From contig JAUYGZ010000011.1 in assembly GCA_030690415.1 (NCBI GenBank), positions 6,269 to 70,268 on the forward strand: a stretch of DNA of 64,000 nt, written 5' to 3'. The notes beneath the pieces are model-generated. The model worked only from the letters and a program-made list of their open reading frames with translations, did not search any database and was not told the origin of the DNA. The stretch comes from a bacterium. GTDB lineage: Bacteria > Patescibacteriota > Gracilibacteria > JAUYGZ01. Position 1 is the first letter of the stretch. The number at the start of each line of letters is the position of its first letter. This document shows positions 42,501-49,497 of the stretch, piece by piece. Made by a program: the position numbers and the translations under genes.

Positions 42501-42682
42501 TTACCCTGAGAAGCGAGATTTTCTCTTAATAATCTCAGGATAAGAGAGACATCCTCGAGCTGTACCATACCGTCAATAAGAGGACTGGCAATCGTTTCTG
42601 CCATAAGGGACTCTGCGACGGCGTGGAGGGAGTCTATATCCCTCTCGAGACCAACGGGGATCTGCCCTTTATGTTTACTCAT
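36521..42682 (-). CDS. 2,053-aa multidomain protein. It has an unrecognised N-terminal ~450 aa, an aminotransferase class I/II-fold region with a large insertion, and a PEPCK(ATP)/HprK-like P-loop kinase region
   Basis: The 6.2-kb ORF is intact. Aminotransferase-order motifs are VSVPQGGGRRQLGLVG (res ~465), LLIINDPHNPSSKVM (~748), LTILSDEAYRK (~779), TSLPTTKWAMGAGRRTGVVV (K828), PEGPFYFCF (~999) and VVPRPKGYVRFAFG (~1033). Kinase motifs are VHGSAL..(14)..FVLAGDSGTGKSETIIAMV (1504-1539), LLSGDMLSLFTGDDGQIYLLGTESGDFMRM (~1557) and STYCGNPFIDP (~1811). Confidence 0.8.
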   Translation of the reverse strand: MSKHKGQIPVGLERDIDSLHAVAESLMAETIASPLIDGMVQLEDVSLILRLLRENLASQGKDTDEKLSSLLPLLERRKRICELLLGKIDREYINQIISKANQGAVFRIVNESNEFEKELRRVVGRVVHGNGSEGLTVGPREAEALLQYKFSIGTPPITPQGIETIEHLVFGGRLRSISEFRNLLSVDGVVFDRFLGLVSQMVEQSTHYTTTSERAVFESEVTDFVNFEGLRGFKKVTISGTADTAVRLIKEHLLSQYANGSRPLNETCHALDDDLLAKMEADKKSLFVVRLQSVSHNVLSSDILLEKWKGVIGRLVIVDESPNARGSSMCFVATIQPEIKNHLEKFHIKDSGTPANTQMNMRRMLQYFSYEDLRELQEAVQKKMQQYEREGVHVADPQRIRKQEWQMTAQKDYLCLKGFLDFLNFLRRVKSGEDLEGMEAELRENTSNLTFQYFFKALEGKGYCCVSVPQGGGRRQLGLVGKFFLQKSRAGVDRFQYDDLRVLRERLEHLKARRGVDAESTSSEDSAQRRAFADRESRHRTIRNIDQHKHPEGRLMAFFRSFVNETLYSTAENSSATLESLIQHLDEVLGVNIPGYLKVQVTQLLKQFGIEEAAKMLERGLFRDAANRLRGFSGTVRRGVKGGADLFQGRLDQLRRRNQPDDLELLERLLNDIEHGSFRPNLALADVSWTFSDVLSEDDYPSKNVLQLTMNESGDLDSSSLKKQLESMKDRLADFPELFRLYCSSTLLIINDPHNPSSKVMPYRIKLELLDIASEYGLTILSDEAYRKQVSKEIKAENGDVSLSEFYEMHRGRFSNPITIYTSLPTTKWAMGAGRRTGVVVTNDQETNPQGETFAVFADRQRDATHSLSLYLDQATLKAGVAVKKACKALEGAITIQDPLKVLDSLLGEDFCRLDSDLFCLPLYEALVEARNDLDHLQLRAADWRHLKQYTNMLISRLKNLRLDKQTQRDSAKRSQAAIDAIKRVEKDFPGIEQRCIKPEGPFYFCFKLDEQGDDPAIQPFLEAIARSRKIDVVPRPKGYVRFAFGGMVDGTREGYEMLSLALETDLRLLLKYWKAFREKRAELNTSQDLNPIGNALKDLFPGGEIEFARAFRDKSPLIEAVKKNPPPPKKTIIQRFSPSVSDYLTSIEPDSPATIVTLRNVDCKDAKRFVRSRAFQDLFNHYLLQVRARIPALKKLKDDELVAYYGAHRFADKFDTRDFNDVQLSLFQKIAGMVAQRWYSDDTIKILALQFSQGTHPDHVADSLLGAEKKIGGFINEFLKAFLTEEQEKGIKVKPSFQVGYQSLRGIAGDARLPSWARDLVARSEFAGQTMPTDPSPEMITGGTARVAGFERGIYRRDGDGNDAPQPDYFRYRLQEFVNVLAPNDYVCKMVQVGPSRLMLVMNRSYSHYLAEELRLFPQTDVSFDDLKSLRPDGVSFLGIPSKVMGEDYRIGYFFDQYDDTHKTPLPVSWVDSEEITNYMGYLKKPILTNANERVKAIGGLPVHGSALTIELENGLRKTFVLAGDSGTGKSETIIAMVEQVIEGRGGARKVKSIELLSGDMLSLFTGDDGQIYLLGTESGDFMRMTDISENWQQRFRDKISTASKTNKDHPKNPRTTISRLCNENSFLRPTRVNMFYVINNFEEPPGGAFQEEENPVTLMTQDYPKGYRREKGTSGDQPNLFASVKFSKNSRRSELFRKYHETLDDLLGWDVLLSPSGKARNGILKFREVAGKRFEADQMVRDLFKGQTILEDDLWKLSDAGGQTWTIEDTDYDLFQNQYQVALRSEHGEQKTTLLDRAIFDRIYNPIASTYCGNPFIDPRGMESLLRHFGEKMKDAGVITGTLYTQLAVKGRQFSGPARASQDVFSFIQRDPRINERLQKHCAVIQKAITTKYGGSVFQQGIPEQLWARNLLLLERQESDVIHLVESQGKTISLRTPYFTNHKPTNRALFNPTLMTTETEEMLLHIIESKDYNALNLEDLDVNTALRECVGIRSWENRQELVYQILLAWGNVTLGNTEIEIRLNVQEVKKAEKVADAIMKERQSRHLQRAI
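37133..38365 (-). other. PEPCK/HprK-like P-loop kinase region of the 2,053-aa protein (residues ~1440-1850). The Walker A motif lies at 38087-38110
   Basis: The reverse complement of 38087-38110 is GGT GAT AGT GGG ACA GGG AAG TCA (GDSGTGKS). Compare the PEPCK kinase-1a motif GLSGTGKTT and the HprK motif GDSGVGKSE. The downstream S.YCG.PF resembles PEPCK SxCFGxPF. Confidence 0.55.
39460..41320 (-). other. Aminotransferase-fold (PLP-dependent) region of the 2,053-aa protein (residues ~455-1075)
   Basis: The motif order and spacing follow fold-type I aminotransferases, except for about 200 extra residues between the GGG..LGL block and NPHNPS. The putative PLP lysine is K828, and D783/Y786 lie in SDEAY. 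Confidence 0.6.
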
Positions 42683-42708
42683 GTGAAGGTGTTCAAGTTT
42701 TGGAGCTC

Positions 42709-42736
42709 ATCGTAGCGAAAAAGGAATATATGACAA
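42709..42736 (-). promoter_or_regulatory. Candidate promoter of the 2,053-aa gene (TTGTCA-16-TACGAT)
   Basis: The reverse complement of 42731-42736 is TTGTCA and the reverse complement of 42709-42714 is TACGAT, with a 16-nt spacer. It is about 27 nt upstream of the ATG at 42682. Confidence 0.35.
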
Positions 42737-42811
42737 AAAAATAAGTGTCCGAAGTTTCAGTTCTCGAGAAATGCGCTACTATAAAAGGCGTACGAACCCT
42801 AGTCGAAGTGT

Positions 42812-43756
42812 ATGAAAGCCAAAATCGTCTTTCTCGGAACCCCTGAATTCGCCATCTCCATCCTGGAAAAGCTCCACGAAGAGCACGACATCATAGTTGT
42901 CATCACCCAGCCTGATCGACCGACTGGTCGTGAGCAAATCCTTACAGCACCTCCCGTTAAAATCAGAGCGGAACAATTAGGTATCCCCGTACTTCAACCC
43001 CAAAAAGCATTCGATATAAGAAATGGGATATTAAAAATCACCACCCATCCTCCTGACTTTTTAATCACCGCCGCCTACGGCGAATACCTCCCAAAAACCG
43101 TTTTAACTCTTCCCGAAAAAGACGCCCTCAACGTCCACCCCTCTCTCCTTCCCCTGTACCGCGGCGCCACCCCAATGCAATCAGCGCTATTGAACGGAGA
43201 CAAGAAGACTGGAATCAGCATTATTCGCATGGTCAAAGAAATGGACGCCGGTCCGATCTTCGCCCAAGAAGAATTTCCACTCCCAGCGGACATGAAATAC
43301 CCCGACCTCGAAAAACTCTGTTCACAAAGGGGTGCCGAACTCATCAGCCATGTGCTCGCCCACCATGATGACATCACGCCCGTCGATCAAGAATCTTCCC
43401 ACGCCACAATGTGCCACAAAATCAATAAAGAAGACGGCCTCATAAGCTGGTCCGAAGCGTCAGCGATCCAGATATATAACAAATTCCGAGCCTTCACCCC
43501 TTGGCCCGGTGCTTTCACACAATTCAAAGACCAAAAACTCTCCATCCTGGATGCATCAGCACTACCCAATGCCGAGTCAGGACACCCTCCCGGAACCGTG
43601 TTTCAGGAGAATGGACAGACACTGGTCCAATGCCAAAAAGGATCCCTATTGATCAAAGTTCTCCAATTAGCGGGGAAAAACGCTGTTGATATTAAATCCT
43701 TTCTGAATGGCCATGCTGATTTCCTCGGAGCAAAACTCATTAACGAGAGACGATAA
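42812..43756 (+). CDS. fmt: Methionyl-tRNA formyltransferase
   Basis: The protein reads MKAKIVFLGTPEFA..ILEKL.......VVITQPDRP.GR.........VK..A..LGIPVLQP ... NVHPSLLPLYRGATPMQSALLNGDKKTGISIIRMV.EMDAGPI. Confidence 0.93.
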   Translation: MKAKIVFLGTPEFAISILEKLHEEHDIIVVITQPDRPTGREQILTAPPVKIRAEQLGIPVLQPQKAFDIRNGILKITTHPPDFLITAAYGEYLPKTVLTLPEKDALNVHPSLLPLYRGATPMQSALLNGDKKTGISIIRMVKEMDAGPIFAQEEFPLPADMKYPDLEKLCSQRGAELISHVLAHHDDITPVDQESSHATMCHKINKEDGLISWSEASAIQIYNKFRAFTPWPGAFTQFKDQKLSILDASALPNAESGHPPGTVFQENGQTLVQCQKGSLLIKVLQLAGKNAVDIKSFLNGHADFLGAKLINERR

Positions 43757-43877
43757 GGACTATAAAGACGATAACGAGGATAATGAGGCCGCATTTTAAA
43801 TATCCACAGACAAGTCCATTATCTTAAAAGATTCCTTATAATCCTTACTGTCATTATCGTCTTTATAGTCCTTCTTA
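43749..43877 (+). repeat. 9-mer inverted-repeat element bridging the fmt stop and the flippase start
   Basis: A perfect 20-bp complement pairs aaggactataaagacgataa (43755-43774, overlapping the fmt TAA at 43754-43756) with ttatcgtctttatagtcctt (43854-43873, ending 4 nt before the ATG at 43878). Both arms are arrays of 9-nt units. Confidence 0.85.
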
Positions 43878-45353
43878 ATGTCCACCGCCAGAAAAATCCT
43901 CTCCAACACCGCCATCCAGATAGCGGGCAAAATTATGACCGCGGTTCTTTCCATTGTGATCATTAAATACATCACTTCATTGGAAAGTATCCCAGGCTTG
44001 GAAGGGTTGCCGGCAGACTACAAGCTGATCTACACCTACCTCGCTTTTTTTGGCATTATCGCTGATTTCGGGCTCTTTACGATCGCTGTCCGAGAAATGT
44101 CTCAAGCAAAAGACCAGGAAGAACAACAGTTCATCATGGGTAACCTCTTCGGAATGAGATTCTTCACCATCCTCATCGCGATGGTTATGGCCTCACTCTT
44201 CATATTCCTGATCCCAACCGAAAACTACACCATGACGGTCAAATTTGGCGTTACTATCGCCGCCATTACCACCGTGCTCACTATGATGGCCAGCACCACC
44301 TCCTCCATCCTCCAAGTTCACCTCCGCATGACCATGCCGACCATCGCCTTAGCTTTGGGGAAAATCGTCATGGCCGCCTATATCATCACCATCATCATTT
44401 TTTTCCAGGATATTCCATATGCTTTCTACCACCTCATCTTCGCCGGAATTACTGGAGCTTTTATGACCTTCGTCATCACCTGGCATTATACCCGGAAGTG
44501 GTTCCCATTTCGTACCCACTTCCGCTTCGACTATTGGAAACGGATTTTTAAAGAAGCCCTCCCCTACGGAGCAGCCATCATCCTCAGTACCATGTATTAC
44601 AAGATGGATATCCTCCTCCTTTCCTTCATGCGAGACAAACAAGAAATCGCGATCTATGGATACCCAAGCTCCATTATTGAAATGCTCGCAATCTTCCCCA
44701 TCTACTTCATGAACTCAACCCTTCCAACACTTAGTCGAGCCTTTGCAGAATCAAGCGAAAAAGTAAAAAAAATTATCCAGCTCTCCTTCAACTTCATCGC
44801 TCTCATCACCCTTCCAATGGTTATTGGAGGCGTCATCCTCTCGAGACCGCTTATGGCCTTCGTGATGAATCAGGAGTTCCTCACGGGAAACGTGGCTGGA
44901 TACTACGGCGCAGACATCGCCTTTCAACTCCTCCTCCTCCCCACGATCTTCGCCTTCGTAAACACCCTCTTCAGCTTCGTCCTCATCGCCAGTGGGAAAC
45001 AAGCAAAACTTTTGAAAATCAATCTCTTTGGAGTCCTCTTCAACCTCATCACCAACCTTCTCTTTATTCCTTCGTATGGGTTCATAGCTGCGGGTATCAC
45101 AACCCTTCTCTCGGAAGCACTCGTGATCTGGCTCACATGGAAAGAAATGCGAAAAGAAATCACGGTTCACTTCGAAATCAAAACTCCGGCGAAAATTCTC
45201 TTCGCTTCAGTCGTCATGGGCCTCTTCGTTTGGTGGGCTCAAAACAGTCTGCACATCGTTCCGCTCGTGGGAATTGGAGCCATGGTCTTCATCGCGACCC
45301 TAATTCCTCTCCGTGTTTTTGATGAAAAAACCATGGGTTTAGTGAAAAAATAA
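43878..45353 (+). CDS. MOP-superfamily oligosaccharide/polysaccharide flippase (Wzx/MurJ-like)
   Basis: The 491-aa protein is polytopic, with about 12-14 hydrophobic segments. The N-terminus, MSTARKILSNTAIQIAGKIMTAVLSIVIIKY, is typical of Polysacc_synt family proteins. Confidence 0.7.
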   Translation: MSTARKILSNTAIQIAGKIMTAVLSIVIIKYITSLESIPGLEGLPADYKLIYTYLAFFGIIADFGLFTIAVREMSQAKDQEEQQFIMGNLFGMRFFTILIAMVMASLFIFLIPTENYTMTVKFGVTIAAITTVLTMMASTTSSILQVHLRMTMPTIALALGKIVMAAYIITIIIFFQDIPYAFYHLIFAGITGAFMTFVITWHYTRKWFPFRTHFRFDYWKRIFKEALPYGAAIILSTMYYKMDILLLSFMRDKQEIAIYGYPSSIIEMLAIFPIYFMNSTLPTLSRAFAESSEKVKKIIQLSFNFIALITLPMVIGGVILSRPLMAFVMNQEFLTGNVAGYYGADIAFQLLLLPTIFAFVNTLFSFVLIASGKQAKLLKINLFGVLFNLITNLLFIPSYGFIAAGITTLLSEALVIWLTWKEMRKEITVHFEIKTPAKILFASVVMGLFVWWAQNSLHIVPLVGIGAMVFIATLIPLRVFDEKTMGLVKK

Positions 45354-45403
45354 CGCCATCACTTGTTTTATCGCCTTTCTTGACGTACCTTGGGCTTTGT
45401 TAT

Positions 45404-45419
45404 CGGGGTGTAGCGCAGT
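45404..45419 (+). repeat. Duplicate of the first 16 nt of tRNA-Pro, 86 nt upstream of the real gene
   Basis: cggggtgtagcgcagt at 45404-45419 is identical to 45490-45505. It is followed by the stem gtgtagc (45408-45414) with gctacac (45449-45455), which encloses the hairpin agttccgc-ttt-gcgggact. Confidence 0.8.
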
Positions 45420-45489
45420 CGCACTGAAGTTCCGCTTTGCGGGACTGGCTACACTCTCGATTCACTTCGTCATTTCATTCCTTGTTCAT

Positions 45490-45566
45490 CGGGGTGTAGC
45501 GCAGTTGGCTAGCGCGCTTGCATGGGGTGCAAGAGGTCGTGGGTTCAAGTCCCGCCACTCCGACCA
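45490..45566 (+). tRNA. tRNA-Pro (anticodon GGG), CCA encoded
   Basis: The sequence is CGGGGTG TA GCGCAGTTGGCTAGCGC G CTTGC ATGGGGT GCAAG AGGTC GTGGGTTCAAGTCCCGC CACTCCG ACCA. The 7-bp acceptor stem includes one G-U pair. The anticodon loop is AU-GGG-GU with G37, and the T-loop is GTTCAAG. Confidence 0.92.
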
Positions 45567-45618
45567 TTCATACAAAAACAAAATCCTCGTCTATTCTATT
45601 CATCTTTTCATCACACCC

Positions 45619-46836
45619 ATGAAACACCGACACCTGAGTACACTTTTCATAGGCCTTCTCACCATCACCCTCTCCATCCTTAGTGTCATCCATGTCGAGG
45701 CAGCTAAGGACTGCCACAGCGGCTCATTTGGATATGGGTACTCGAATTGTGAGGTTGTAACGTCCTTCAACGACACAGCCGAACACACCTACAATAAGGC
45801 TATCCTTTACGCCCAGGAGCGAGAAATTGTGAAAGGCTACGATGACGGCACTTTCAAGCCGGACAACCCCGTCAACAGAGCGGAGTTCACGAAAATCATT
45901 GTTGAAGCTTTGATCGGAAGAAATCCGACGGAATTTGCCGACACCTGCTTCCCTGATATCGAAAAGGATATCTGGTTCTCCAGCTATGTCTGCTACGCCA
46001 AAGAAGAAGGCCTGATCAAAGGCTACCCTGATGGGACATTCCAACCAGTGAATAACATCAACTTTGTAGAAGTCTCCAAAATCCTTACAGTCGCCTTCCG
46101 GATCAATCACAGAGACGCTGAGGATGGGGAAGACTGGTTTACCCCCTTTGTCGTCGCACTCAGTGATCATCATTTCATCCCTGGGACAGTCCGTGTTCTT
46201 TGGCAACCGATAACGAGAGGTGAAATGGCTGAGCTGATTATGCGCTTCAAAGAAGAGATCTCAACGCTGCCATCATTAAACGCTTGTGACTTTATCCCCA
46301 TCCTTTGTCCCGGGAATGCTTTGGAGGGATATGGAGACCGCTTTATTGGAAATGTAGACATGAAGACAGTCCGCCAAACCTGGCTTGACTGGTACAACAC
46401 AGAGAGACGAAAACTAGGCCTCCATGACTACGTCTACAATAGAGAGCTCAACCGAACCGCCTATCTCTGGTCACAGGAAATGGCGGATAGAAATGAAACA
46501 AATCATAAAAGGGTAGGCCAAACAGAATACTATGACTACAATATGATTTCCGATTGGTTTAAAAACATCGGTGTAGAATTTGAAAACATCAACACCGTAA
46601 CCTTCACTGAAAACATCGGTTGGGGGCCTTTTGTTTGCGAAGGTTCGAATTGCACCCTGCAACTCCTCGATGCTATCAAATCAACCTTTGATATGTATAT
46701 GGGGGAAAAAGATAAAGAAGACCGCTCTCACTACAACAGTGTCATGAATAAATACTTCAACGAAGTTGGCTTAGGGATTGTTTTGAAAAATAAGAAATAC
46801 TACCTCACAGTACACTACGGGACCCGCCTGCAATAA
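45619..46836 (+). CDS. Secreted protein with two SLH domains and a C-terminal CAP/SCP (YkwD-like) domain
   Basis: The signal peptide is MKHRHLSTLFIGLLTITLSILSVIHVEAA. The SLH domains read ...AILYAQEREIVKGYDDGTFKPDNPVNRAEFTKIIV and FSSYVCYAKEEGLIKGYPDGTFQPVNNINFVEVSKIL. The CAP-like region reads LNRTAYLWSQEMADRNETNH...SHYNSVMNKYFNEVGLGIV. The track ORF start (45397) overlaps the tRNA. Confidence 0.75.
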   Translation: MKHRHLSTLFIGLLTITLSILSVIHVEAAKDCHSGSFGYGYSNCEVVTSFNDTAEHTYNKAILYAQEREIVKGYDDGTFKPDNPVNRAEFTKIIVEALIGRNPTEFADTCFPDIEKDIWFSSYVCYAKEEGLIKGYPDGTFQPVNNINFVEVSKILTVAFRINHRDAEDGEDWFTPFVVALSDHHFIPGTVRVLWQPITRGEMAELIMRFKEEISTLPSLNACDFIPILCPGNALEGYGDRFIGNVDMKTVRQTWLDWYNTERRKLGLHDYVYNRELNRTAYLWSQEMADRNETNHKRVGQTEYYDYNMISDWFKNIGVEFENINTVTFTENIGWGPFVCEGSNCTLQLLDAIKSTFDMYMGEKDKEDRSHYNSVMNKYFNEVGLGIVLKNKKYYLTVHYGTRLQ

Positions 46837-46838
46837 TT

Positions 46839-48365
46839 TCACTCCTCCGTATACCGAAGGACATCTCGAAAACGAAAATACTCCAATAGTCTGAGGCCGG
46901 TATATCGCCCGAGAAATAAATTGGCGACAATGAAAAGAAGGAGTGTCTCCGGATGTGACATCAGGAGAACTTGTAGAACGTCCCAGGAAACGAGAAGATA
47001 TCCGAGTGATGAAATCACCAATGTCTCAAGAAAAGCTCTTATCAGAGACCAGAGCCCTTTTTCTCCTTCGACCCCGGAGACACGATCTATCATTGCGGCA
47101 AGAATCACCAGTATCAGTGAGCTGGTGAGATCAAACGTCGTATCGGTAAGGGAGAGAATAGCTCCCATAATAAAAAGAAGGGTAACACCAAGAAAGGAAA
47201 TCTGAACCCCTACTTTTGCGGTATAAAGGAGATGTCGTTGTGAAAGGAGAAGACGGATAAGGTAACCGATCAGGGCTAATACAACGATCGTCACAATTCC
47301 CACCTGCCAGCCTAAAACTAGAAAGGAATAGGTGAAAACAAGAGGGAGTCGTGCGCCAACGGAAGAAAACCCGATCACAAGACGAAGAAAGGTGATCAGA
47401 GTAATGATAACAGGAAGAAAGAGAACAAGAAGAAGGACGGAATCCTCAACTCCTCTTTTCTGAAGTGCTGAAATTCCGTAGCTCGGAAGAGAAAACACAT
47501 TAAATTCAGACTCGGAAACAGCATCGATGACCTCAACATCATATGCCCTGGATCGAATGACATCGACCACATCTCTCCCTTCCTCAAGGGTAAAAAACTC
47601 ATCCAACGCTTCCCGTCGGGTAATAATAATACGCTGGGGAGAGAGAACAGAATAAACACCAGACAAAATATTTTTAATCAGTCCGATATTGCCATCTGTC
47701 ACAACCACCAGATCTTTCCGTTGGAGATCTAAACGACCAGAAAAACTATTCAAAATCGTCATAAGATCGACCCGATCGGTCCAGAGAATAACTCGTTCAC
47801 TCTTCTGAATATCCTCGAGGTGCTCCTCAATCCGGTCAAGAACACGATTTTTCAATCGTAAACTGATTGCAGCCCTGATATTCTGCAAATAGACATTCTG
47901 GTCTTCAGAACTCTTTGCTAACGACTCAATACGCTCGATGCTCTGACTTTGGTCGGCAATCAAAAAGAGAGAGCGTTCATAGGCAAAGACTTCTTTGATA
48001 TACTCTGAGGACTGAATCGGCTTTCCCTCTTCAAATAACCATGAAATGGAGATTTTAACATTATACCGTCCTGGACGACGAAAAATATGCACCACTTCTT
48101 CCTGTGAACTAAATTCACCATCACCAAACTCCCACAGGTATTCCAAGACTCTGGCTCCCTCGGGGAGTGATACTGTTTCTACCTTAAAAATAATATTTTT
48201 CCCTACCTCAATACTGTTATCGGACTGTATTGTAGGGGTAAACACCACTTCCTGAAGTGCTGTTTCGTCTAAAATATCTTGTTCTTGAGCAAAAACAAGA
48301 CCCCCATTCATAAATGAAAAAATTCCTAAAATAATCATGATCCAGAGCACAGACTTCATTCTCAT
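46839..48365 (-). CDS. Membrane protein with a signal peptide, a PKD domain and a C-terminal polytopic (7TM_transglut/UUP1-like) domain
   Basis: The PKD motif reads YLWEFGDGEFSSQEEVVHIFRRPGRYNVKISI. The C-terminal half has about 7 hydrophobic segments and ends GRYTGLRLLEYFRFRDVL. Confidence 0.65.
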   Translation of the reverse strand: MRMKSVLWIMIILGIFSFMNGGLVFAQEQDILDETALQEVVFTPTIQSDNSIEVGKNIIFKVETVSLPEGARVLEYLWEFGDGEFSSQEEVVHIFRRPGRYNVKISISWLFEEGKPIQSSEYIKEVFAYERSLFLIADQSQSIERIESLAKSSEDQNVYLQNIRAAISLRLKNRVLDRIEEHLEDIQKSERVILWTDRVDLMTILNSFSGRLDLQRKDLVVVTDGNIGLIKNILSGVYSVLSPQRIIITRREALDEFFTLEEGRDVVDVIRSRAYDVEVIDAVSESEFNVFSLPSYGISALQKRGVEDSVLLLVLFLPVIITLITFLRLVIGFSSVGARLPLVFTYSFLVLGWQVGIVTIVVLALIGYLIRLLLSQRHLLYTAKVGVQISFLGVTLLFIMGAILSLTDTTFDLTSSLILVILAAMIDRVSGVEGEKGLWSLIRAFLETLVISSLGYLLVSWDVLQVLLMSHPETLLLFIVANLFLGRYTGLRLLEYFRFRDVLRYTEE

Positions 48366-48658
48366 AGCTGTTGAATAAGTAGAATTAAAGAGAATATATA
48401 TATTAAATAATAATCATAATAAGAATCACAAAAACTTTTCCCCTCCACTTGCTCTAAAAGAGCTTATCACCATTAATAATGGTGCAAAAGTCATAAAATC
48501 TGTTCAAAAGCTGTTGATAACACTGCGCTGGGGAAAAGAGAAAACATTTAAATCGGAAAACAAAGAAGCAAAACTTGTGAAGATCCGACACGACCTCCTG
48601 AACAACAAAAGATTCTTTGCACAGATCAAAAAATCACAACAAACAGGTTTTACACCCA

Positions 48659-49399
48659 TCACAAACTTTTCAACACACTCTCTGAAAAGGAGGCATTGGT
48701 AAAAACCTCGTCCACATCCTCATCATCCTCCAGGAGCTCGATGAGATGCACAATCTCTTTCCCCTTTTGAACATCATTCACTTCTTTTTCCTCTTGAGGC
48801 ACAAGCGAGATTTCCGATTTTTGAACAGGGAGATTGTTGAAAACTTTCAAACACTGTTCAAAAGCCTCAGGACTGGTTTGTACCCTAACAGCAGCACCCT
48901 CCCAAAACACATCATCCGCACCGGCGTCGATCAACTCGAGCTCAAAAGCATCATGATCAATGGTAACCTTATCAGCCTCAATAATTCCTTTTCGTTCAAA
49001 CATCCAGGCTACACAACCACTTCCACCAAGGTTTCCGTGGTTTTTTGTCATAATGGTACGAACATTCGTTAAGGAGCGGTTCGTATTGTCTGTGAGTGCC
49101 AGAATAAGGATAGCGACACCTTCTGGTCCGTATCCCTCGTAAATCACTTCTTCCAGGCGGTCTCCTTTGAGCTCACCGGTCCCCTTTTTTACCGCCCTTT
49201 CAATATTGTCATTCGGAACCCCTGCCGACTTTGCCTTTTGAATCGCCACCCGAAGAGTGGGGTTTGTGTCTGGATCTCCACCACCCTGCTGCGCGGCGAC
49301 GGTGATCAGCTTCGCCATTCTCGTGAAGACCTTTCCTTTTTTTGAGTCAGCCGCAGCCTTTTTATGCTTGATATTAGCCCACTTACTGTGTCCTGACAT
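48659..49399 (-). CDS. yebC: YebC/PmpR family DNA-binding transcriptional regulator
   Basis: The protein reads MSGHSKWANIKHKKAAADSKKGKVFTRMAKLITVAAQQGGGDPDTNPTLRVAIQKAKSAGVPNDNIERAVKKGTG. The ATG at 49399 is preferred over the track's 49411. Confidence 0.93.
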   Translation of the reverse strand: MSGHSKWANIKHKKAAADSKKGKVFTRMAKLITVAAQQGGGDPDTNPTLRVAIQKAKSAGVPNDNIERAVKKGTGELKGDRLEEVIYEGYGPEGVAILILALTDNTNRSLTNVRTIMTKNHGNLGGSGCVAWMFERKGIIEADKVTIDHDAFELELIDAGADDVFWEGAAVRVQTSPEAFEQCLKVFNNLPVQKSEISLVPQEEKEVNDVQKGKEIVHLIELLEDDEDVDEVFTNASFSESVLKSL

Positions 49400-49444
49400 A
49401 AAAAAGAACATGAAAAACCAAGGGGAATTCTATCATAAAACCCT

Positions 49445-49472
49445 TTGCAGAGACAAAGTATGGTCCTATAAT
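49445..49472 (+). promoter_or_regulatory. Sigma70-type promoter (TTGCAG-16-TATAAT) for the 593-aa gene
   Basis: TTGCAG lies at 49445-49450, followed by a 16-nt spacer and TATAAT at 49467-49472. The ATG is at 49498. Confidence 0.5.
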
Positions 49473-49497
49473 AGTGTTCCTCTAAAAAATCTCAAGC

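Noticed and set aside
43800-43808. A DnaA-box-like 9-mer, aTATCCACA (8 of 9 to TTATCCACA), inside the fmt-flippase repeat loop. Together with the TTATC-containing 9-mers this could suggest oriC.
   Set aside because: There is a single near-box and no dnaA or dnaN nearby. The repeat family occurs at three separate loci, and no AT-rich unwinding element is adjacent.
45397-45618. The N-terminal 74 codons of the 479-aa track ORF.
   Set aside because: This segment overlaps tRNA-Pro and its duplicated fragment. A proper signal peptide starts at the ATG at 45619.
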